A DNA stretch of 64,000 bases from the human T2T-CHM13v2.0 reference genome, Homo sapiens. Position numbers and translations under genes: made by a program. The DNA lies in the NCBI RefSeq assembly GCF_009914755.1, contig NC_060932.1; one strand, written 5' to 3'. Positions 55,521 through 64,000 of this stretch are shown one piece after another. Below the pieces are notes generated by a model, which was not told the origin of the DNA, did no database searches, and was given only the letters and a program-made list of their open reading frames with translations. How positions within the stretch are numbered: the stretch's first letter is position 1; each line of letters begins with the position of its first letter.

Positions 55521-57877
55521 GGGATATGTGAGAAGCAAAGAAAAGAAGAATCTGTGACCCCACTACTCATATTTTCCACAATCCTCCAATTACCCTTTCA
55601 TCTGTACCAAATATGGAGGGTGATGTTAAAAACTTGTGTGAGAATCTGGCAGCATTTTGCATGTTAATGTTGTCTCTGGTCTGGTTTCCAAAACCATTCT
55701 GGTAATTGAGAAGATTTGCCAGTGAGAGCCGATTGCGCTACAAAAATTGTCAGCTAAGTTCTTAGACAGTGGCTTTCTGTGGTTGGTTTGGTGTGTTTTT
55801 TTTGTTTTTTTGTTTTTGTTTTTAAGAACATAAAATATGCACAGCATGATTCCTGCTTATCCCTTTTTTGGTTAATGTGTTTGGAATCTATGTGATAAAT
55901 GGGTAGTCAAATTGCCTTTAGAAGATGCAAGAATTGTATCATATCAGAGAAACATGGAAAGGAATGCAGAAAAGTCCTAGAGAAGTTAATTTCAGACATG
56001 ACCTTGTGACTGTAACAGGAGGTAGCTTTTCCTTTGCCACCAAACAGCAGGTAAAATAGATTGATTTCATTTATTCATTCAGCCAACAAATATCTATTGA
56101 GCGTTGACGATGTGACAGCATGATTCTTACACTAATGATTTAGAAGGTGTCAAACTACTGCTCCCATGAAACTCTGTCTAGTGAAGTCCTGTAACAGTGG
56201 AGCAATGTTGAATAGAAACATGTTACTGTCAATAAGCTTCCTTTTCAAAACGCACCAGGAAAATAATCTGATAGTGATATGATTCTTTAACAAAATAGGG
56301 ACAATGACAAGGTTACTGGTAGCCCTTTTATTCTCCTCATTTTTAAAGCTGAGAGAGGTGGAATCCATTAGTAAGATAAAAAACAAAATGTCAAAAAGAC
56401 AAGACTTAAGAACAGGTTGGGCATGCTCCAACATGACAGCATGCACACTTTGGGGAAAAATTTATTGGTCTAGCCAGGTGTGAGCCTCCATTCCTTAATG
56501 TGCCAGCTGGACTCCCCTTACCAAATCTTGGCCCCAAGAGTTTGTTTCCAGTCAGTGGGCTTTGCTATACTGACAGACATGTTCCATACAGGAGCTTCTG
56601 ATGGGCAAACAGTGGGTGATACAGTCACACTCACTACCTTCTACCTCCTGTCTTCTCTCAATGCCAGTGACCTACCACCATGCTGCCCAGAACCTTCCCA
56701 TCAGGCAAATAAAAACCTGCATATTTGTCACACACTTTGGGTCTATATAGACCATTAACAAAGTGATGAAAACATCTGGTGCTAAATGACAGCATGATGT
56801 GGCATCTCTTGCCTGGCCCAGCCAAGGATCAGAGAGTTAACAGGACTTGGTAAATAGCTTCTCTCATCTTTCTCTCTCTGCCCTAAGCAAGTAAAACTAA
56901 AAACCACAACAATAAATAAACTCATAACACCCTCAGTTTCTTCCTCTTTTTTTTTTTTACCATCTGATAGATGTCAGGACAGATGTTGTCCACAACACAC
57001 TTGCCAACAACCATTTCAGTGCTTCCTGACATATGTTTAAGAAAGATGGCTGCTGTATAACGGATTTTACTTAAATGCCGATAAGCAACCTTCCATAACA
57101 TTGTTCAGCGAAGATAAAAGATAATGCCACTTCTGTCCATTCTGGTGCCCATGTCAACATGATCACTAATTCAAATTTTTAGGGATCAAAAAAGTCAACA
57201 CCAAGCTTATATAAATAGCTTTTACCATCTGGTTGCTCACCTTGACTGTAGGAAGCAGAGTCCTATCAATTCTTTTCTACTAGGAAAAAGGTGTCTCATC
57301 ATAGAGAGGAAGGGGAGGAATAATAAAAGAAAAACAATTTGTAATAGCATGCTATCCCTTTTTTCCTGTTGACAGGAAATCAAGTTCTCAGCTTGTTAAT
57401 TAAGTTAAAAATACAGAAGTTTCCTGGTTATTCTCTCATCAGTTTCAGAGTGTTCATGACTTTGAAGTAGGTCTCACCGGTGAGTGCTTAAACATTGAAC
57501 TAATGAGATTTTACTGTTTTGAACAGCTGGTCAAGTTTGGAGGCCCCTCGAGCCTAAAGGCAACTGCTGATTTACAAGCATTCTGTAATATATGCAGTCT
57601 TGGCTGATGCTTTTGTTGTTGATTTAGGCTGGAGCGAAGGTGTAGATTTTGTGATGCTATAAAAATGTCAAATGATTGATTTGAGAATATGTAATACCTA
57701 TAGGTAGCCCCCACCAGGAGCCAACATCTTGTGTGGTTCATATGTGAGAACGTTTTAGGAAGGTTTGGGTTTTAAATGTGGCGTCATGTTCCAGAGAAGG
57801 AGGGTTTGGATAAATTGGCTGTTTACAGTGGATGGAGCCGAAAAGAAGCATTTCAAAACTGTAATTCCTGTTTGTTT

Positions 57878-57962
57878 CTCTCTCCCTCTCTCCTTCCCTC
57901 CATTCTCTCCCTCTTTCCCTCCCTCCTTACCTTCCCTCGCTTCCTCTCTCCCTCCTTCTTTC
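57878..57962. repeat. Polypyrimidine (CCCT/CCTT) tract
   Basis: ~85 nt almost purely C/T on the plus strand; triplex-prone. Confidence 0.85.
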
Positions 57963-58479
57963 ATTGGTAAGTATATTAAAACAAATTCCAGAACCTATGT
58001 TACCTCTCTATCTCAGCATGACTATCTAAAAATCTGGACATTTTCTTCAAAACATAAACATAATTATTTGGTATCATCTAATACCCAGTTCATCTTCAAA
58101 ATTTGATTGTCTCAGAAGTATCTTTCAATTGTCTTTTTCATAGCAGGATCCAAGTAAGGTTACATATTACATTTGGTCGTTAAATCTCTTGATTCAGAAT
58201 TATCCCCTTTGAGGTAAGTACTTTATCTCTATTTTACAGACAAGAAGACTGAGGCTTAAGAGGACTCACAGATACTGAGAACAAATTGTGGTCTCTCAGT
58301 ATCCGTATGTGTGACTATACTGCTTCCTTCTTTTTCTCAACAGATTATTTCTGGTGAGGCTGGGTTCATCTCCTCTGTTTATTCTACTTCCCACCTTACT
58401 GTTTTATCCTAATTGCACCTGAGTAGAATTTCAGAAGATAAGAATTCTGCTAGGATTGAATTCATTTTGCATATGTTCG

Positions 58480-58570
58480 TAGCATTTCCCCGGATTATTT
58501 CACTGTAAAGAGTGGGAGAATCGTGGGAATTACGCGAGGAGCCCTAGAGCCTGCGGGGGAGTTCCCAGTG
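58480..58570. promoter_or_regulatory. Candidate enhancer: RBPJ/CSL site plus NF-kB site
   Basis: CGTGGGAA (58522-58529) and GGGAGTTCCC (58557-58566); several CpGs. Confidence 0.35.
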
Positions 58571-59169
58571 CTTTTCTTGGTAGTTTCCAGAATCTTCTTG
58601 GACACGCCAGTCAGTTTCTTGGGCTCTTTGTGGAAGAAGGGAAAGCTGTTTATGGACATATATAGATCACATTTATTTCTCTATTCAAAAAATATAGAGA
58701 TATAGCTTCAGTGTTTAAGCCTAGTAACTACTTTAGATGTATATCAGGGACAGAATTTTTAAATTATGTTTTCACAAGAACAAGTCCAGAAAGTATAACT
58801 TCCTTTTAGGTAGTAGTGAGAATATAAGGAATCCCCTTGTTGGCTCCCTTGCCTTGGTGGGGGTAGTGAGATCAAAGAAAAATGCAGGAAACACTTCATA
58901 TGCTCATAAAAGCCTACGATTTACCTCTGTCCATCTGGCCCAGCATGGCATCTCTCCCAGAGGCAGAGACCCACACTCCAGAAGGACATGGCTGTGCACC
59001 TAAGTACACATCTCAGAGAGGAGGCCTTAGCCAGCCAATGACACACTCCCACTAATGTCCCCTCATGGATTTATCATCAACTTTATCCAAACCAATTTTG
59101 GGTGAACTTCATTTAGATTGATTACAGCCTCTCCAAATACTCTGTTTATATATGCTGCTTGTTCTGGAG

Positions 59170-59305
59170 GTGTACTGTCCAATAAGGTAACCACTACTAG
59201 CCACATTTCAAGTGTTGAATAGCCACATGCGCTAGTGGCTACCATATTGGACAGCAACAGATACAGAACATCTACACCATTTCAGAGAGTTTAATTGGAT
59301 AGTAT
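59170..59305 (-). mobile_element. MER3-type hAT MITE
   Basis: ctagccacatttcaagtgttgaatagccacatgcgctagtggctaccatattggacagc. Confidence 0.8.
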
Positions 59306-60019
59306 TAGTCTAAAATAACTCCCCAATGTTTAAATGAGCATCCTTCTGATCCTAGGTTCCCAACCATGTTTTTCACTGTTCTATTTTTTTAATACCATTG
59401 AATTCCCTCATGTGATTACTGTCTGGCTCCTCGAGTATTTCCCTCTGTTTACCCTGAAAAAGGGACTTTCAAGTTTTTAAGGGAATGCCCATGACCAGTG
59501 CCATTTCTCCCTTCTTTTGCCATATTTGGCTCTCTGAGTTAGATCCACTCATGGGCAAGTTGGATTTATAGAAGTCTCAGCTCCACTGAAGTTGCAGAAC
59601 TTGTTGTCAGCCCCCATGGGCCAGTAGTCTCTCCATCCCTGTCTGTACCCGCAAGTCAGGTGATGGAACTGCTGCTTTGGGTGACTGTGTTGTTTCCTGG
59701 CCACTTGAGCCCATTGCCAAAGTCTTTATCTAGGCTGTGATATCTGCTTGCAGAGCTGGGTCACAGCCCCCAGTTCTACCCTCACTTCCTGCCACGAACA
59801 GGCAGTTTGTTTAAAATCCTGATTGCCAGTGTCCACCTGGCCTGATTTGAGGCTTTGCTGCTGCCTCTGAGGCTTCTCCATGATGTGTTCTTTCCCCCTC
59901 TTGGTTGCCGTCCTTGCCCCTCTTGGATCCCTCTCCTCATCCCTCCTGGATCCTGGGCCATCCCTGAGATAGTTCTAGTGCTATGGCACTGCACTTTGGA
60001 CTTGCTGTCTGTTTTTCTG

Positions 60020-60150
60020 TTAAACAGGCCTGAATTGGAATCACCAGTCAGCCACTCGCTCCCTGTGTGATCTTGGACAAGCCCCTCAGTCGTTCGAATC
60101 ATGTTGTGCCTGCTTTCTGACTGTAAAAACCTCAGGATGATAAGATCTAG
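60020..60150 (+). mobile_element. MIR fragment
   Basis: ctgtgtgatcttggacaagccc...ctgtaaaa. Confidence 0.55.
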
Positions 60151-60329
60151 CCCTTTCTGAGTTTTAGTCTCAATTGTCTTAGGGCAACTCTGGTGAAAAT
60201 AAAGTTACTTCCTTTATTCTTTTCTTTTCACCTCTCCAGAGTCCTCATAGCCAAAGTCTCTTCTCATCTAGTCAATGCTATTTCTTTGTAGTGATTATGA
60301 TTTGGTTTTTCTTAGGTGACCTAAAACAC

Positions 60330-60630
60330 TAGGTCCTCCATTTAAAACCTAGTACTTCCTCTGGTCACCTCAGAGGGAAATGAAATCTCTCTCCTTTGAA
60401 TTCCCATAAGCTGTTATTCATTTGCTTGGTGTATTCCACATGGTCTCCACTGTATCCTGCTTTTCTTATATTCCCAGGTGTACGTGTCCTGTTTACCTTA
60501 CCAAGCTGTGAGTCCTTCGAAGCAGGGTCCTATCTTAAAGTCTTGAACCAAAGCTCCCATAATCTCAAAGGACCCAGCAGAGTATTTCAAGCACATGAGG
60601 TGCTCAGTATGCATTTATTAATGAATGTGC
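60330..60630 (+). mobile_element. L2 3' fragment
   Basis: gctgtgagtccttcgaagcaggg...gtgctcagtatgcatttattaatgaatg. Confidence 0.65.
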
Positions 60631-61419
60631 ATTCTCAAGAGCACTTTAGGAAGGAGTAGAGTGGTATTGATTTCTACTTATTTTCTAGCTTTGATTCTCA
60701 TGCTAGTTTGGGAGAAAGGAAAGGAGAGATCAAATAAAAGGTTGTTGAAAATAGTTAGACAATTACCTGCCTCTCCACCCTTCTAAGGCATTTTATAGCT
60801 TACTTGATTTGTTTATCTTGTCGACTAGACATTTGTCACCTGGTTTTCTTTCTCAATAAGTAATAAAAATGGATGTGCCTTTAAAAAAGGCCAACTCTTC
60901 TTAGTAGTTTTGATGCTCTGTGCTCTTTTCATGATCTCATCAGAAAATTCAATTCAAACTCAGAACCAAATGTTCCCCCGATACTGAAGGGACCTCAGTA
61001 TGTGTCAGTTGGTGTCCATTTAGAAAGGCATTTCCTTGGCCCTAGGAACTGTGAGGCTAGTGTAAGCCTGTTCTAGGGAGCAAGATTGGGCCTCAGGTGC
61101 ACGTGAGCTTCCATTTTTGCTAAGTTTCTTTCCACTGGGGTGGAATGTGAGTGAGAGAATGCTGGGGTAAATGTGAGTGAGAGAGGCTAACCAAGTAGCT
61201 TCTACATGGGAATGGCTAAGTAAGGCGTTGACTTATCTGGATTTTGATGGTTCGGAGGTTCCACACCACTGCTCCACATCAGGAGTCCAGGTGGTTTTCT
61301 ATAGCTAGCTTTTCCCCGGGGCAGTGTGTCTAGAAATTCTCTTATAGCTTACCAGTCAATCCTTGGGGAGCTGATTGCCAAGGTTGGGTTCTGCTTGAAA
61401 GCAGCTACCCAGGGTTAGC

Positions 61420-62030
61420 CAAACTGAGGACTTCTGACACCAACATCAAGGAGTTTGGATCCAACAACAAAGTTGGATTGAACAGTTCCAAGACTATCGT
61501 CACCTCTGACACCAATTGCAACTTCATGATGTTTCCCTAGAATACCCTCAGGTTTAATAATTCATTAAAAGAACACACAGAACTCACTGAAAACTATTAT
61601 AATCATAGTTACACTTTACTACAGAGAGAGGAAGCAGATCAAAATTAGCCAAAGGAAGAGACACACAGCAGAGTCTGAGATCATTTCAAATGCAAAGTTT
61701 CCATTGTCTTTAGGGCCATGTTTTCCTCTGAGTATTGATGTGTGACAGCATGCATGGAGTATTGCCATCCAGGGACACTGCCCTGAACGTGAGTGTCTGG
61801 AATTTTTATTGGAGCTTCATTACGTAGGTATGATTGATTGATTGCCCACATGCTTGCTTGATCTCAGCCTCCAGGTCAACTGCATGACCCAGAGCCTCTA
61901 CTCTAAGGTACATGGTTGATGTTTCTGCGGTGGCCAGCTTCCTTCCTAACCAAGGAAATTCCTATTGGGTATGACATAGGTTACTGCCCAGAAACTGAGA
62001 GGCAAGGCCAAATTCTTTACTACACAGTGG
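61420..62030 (-). mobile_element. MER21-family LTR
   Basis: cctcaggtttaataattcattaaaagaacacacagaactcactgaaaac...aattagccaaaggaagagacacacag. Confidence 0.7.
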
Positions 62031-62112
62031 CTTGGCAAGTCTCTTCACTGTCCCTATGTTTTCCACCTCTGAGGCTCTCTGCCTGGCAAATCCATTAAAA
62101 CTGGTCAACTTG

Positions 62113-62434
<322 letters not shown>

Positions 62435-63679
62435 CTATAATATCTCCCTTTAACCTTTGGATCCAAACGTCCTCACTTGCCAGATGAAGCTATATCACAT
62501 TGTATTTACTCACTTAGCACCACATCTAGCACAAGAATGACACTAAATGGACTAAAGGTTCTGCTTTGGGAACCTCTTGAGATCACATGTCATATTTTGC
62601 TAATATGTTTGTATTTGGCTGTGGGTGAGGGATCAGAGTTCCTATATTTCATTAGATTTCAAAGAGGTCTGTGTCCCATAAAGGTTGAGCACTCCTGGCC
62701 TACGTAAAAGTGAATTATCTCCCCTCACACCACTGGTGGGCTATTCCTTCATGAGCTCTAGGAGTTTTGCTTGCCAAGAGAAGGGGGCAGAGTAGAGACA
62801 GAGCCTGGGCTGGCAGAAGGGCAGTTTTGCTATCTTGGTTTACAAGGCCTCTTGGGTTAATTCTAGAAGCATCAAAGCAAGCTTTTCTTCAGTCTTTCCT
62901 GTGTTCTGCAGGCCAAGAGTTTCTTGTGCTAAAATAAACAACTGGCAGTTTCATTAGGCTCCACAGAAGGAAGGAAGAGATTTATATTTCATACCTTTTA
63001 TATTATATAACAACATTACTATGCAAACTTCAATTCTTCGATCTGTTTAGTTTATTTAAACTTAAAAAATAGTATTAATGCTATAAATAGAATAAACCTT
63101 GACCAATTCTGAGCATTTACAATAAACATGCAGCTGGTAATATAGCCTCTGAAATAATAAACCACTTATTCCTGATGGCCAGGCTTTGTATATATCATCC
63201 TTAGATTTTATTAAGCTATAGCTGGATGGAGGGGGCAGGAAAGGGGAGATATCCTACTTGTTTTAAACTGTAGGGGGAAGAAAAACCACATTTTATTTTG
63301 CATCTGCCTCTTTCTTACATAATTGTGGAAATTTTGGCATGTTTGTGCCAGCCAGGATTCAACTTTGTTTTACTTTACTGAGAAATCTGAAGTGTGTTCA
63401 TAAAAAAGAAATCTGTTTATTTTTAGTTCATTTTGTTCAGCTCTTAAAACATCTTGGTTCTTATAAGACAAGGAAAGAAGCATGTGATGCTCTGTAATCC
63501 TGGTTCATTCAGAGGCATTACTTGAGTACCACCCAGTACATGATTCAATGTGCGGGAGATACAAACATGAAATTGTTACCCTTAAAGTGCTTACAGTTTA
63601 GTGAGGGGGAGATTAATGGCTCCCAACACTCACAACATTTTATTATGATTATCAGTTTGCATGTCTTTATTGTGGATTC

Positions 63680-64000
63680 TTTTGAAATTCCAATAATTTC
63701 TTTTTTTTTGCAGAAATAGAAAAACTCATCCTAAAACTCATGTGGCCCCAAGTAGCCAAAACAATCTTGAAAAAGACTAACCAAGTTAGAGGTCTTATAC
63801 TTCCTGACTTCAAAACTTACTATAAAGCTAAAGTAATCAAAACAGTGTGGTACTGGTATTAAGAGAAACACGTAGGAAAATGAGATAGAACGGAGAGCCT
63901 AGAAATAAACCCTCACATATATGATAAGTTTTGGCAAGGGTACCAAGACCATGCAATGGGGGAAAGGATGGTCTTTTCAACAAATGGTGCTGGGGAAACT
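63680..64000 (+). mobile_element. Old L1 ORF2 fragment running off the window
   Basis: cttcctgacttcaaaacttactataaagctaaagtaatcaaaacagtgtggtactgg ([19 protein letters not shown]). Confidence 0.9.

Overview
Primate (very likely human, given AluY/AluS elements) intronic or intergenic DNA, AT-rich and dense in interspersed repeats (Alu, L1, L2, MIR, MaLR/ERV LTRs, Tigger/hAT fossils). I cannot name the locus and see no intact protein-coding gene; the supplied ORFs are mostly repeat-derived or chance. The main non-obvious feature is a heavily decayed, intronless minus-strand retrocopy of the nucleoside transporter SLC29A1 (ENT1) at ~29290-30900. It is split by an MLT2 LTR and an AluSp, and the ORF track shows only a 14-residue fragment of it. 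Other items worth checking: a ~215-bp dispersed duplication carrying an Alu 3' end, nested insertions with clean TSDs, close inverted Alu pairs, candidate non-coding exons, a candidate promoter/first exon near 55 kb, motif clusters and hairpins. I found no evidence of a new biological system. Repeat subfamily names come from recalled consensus sequences, and boundaries without TSDs are approximate.
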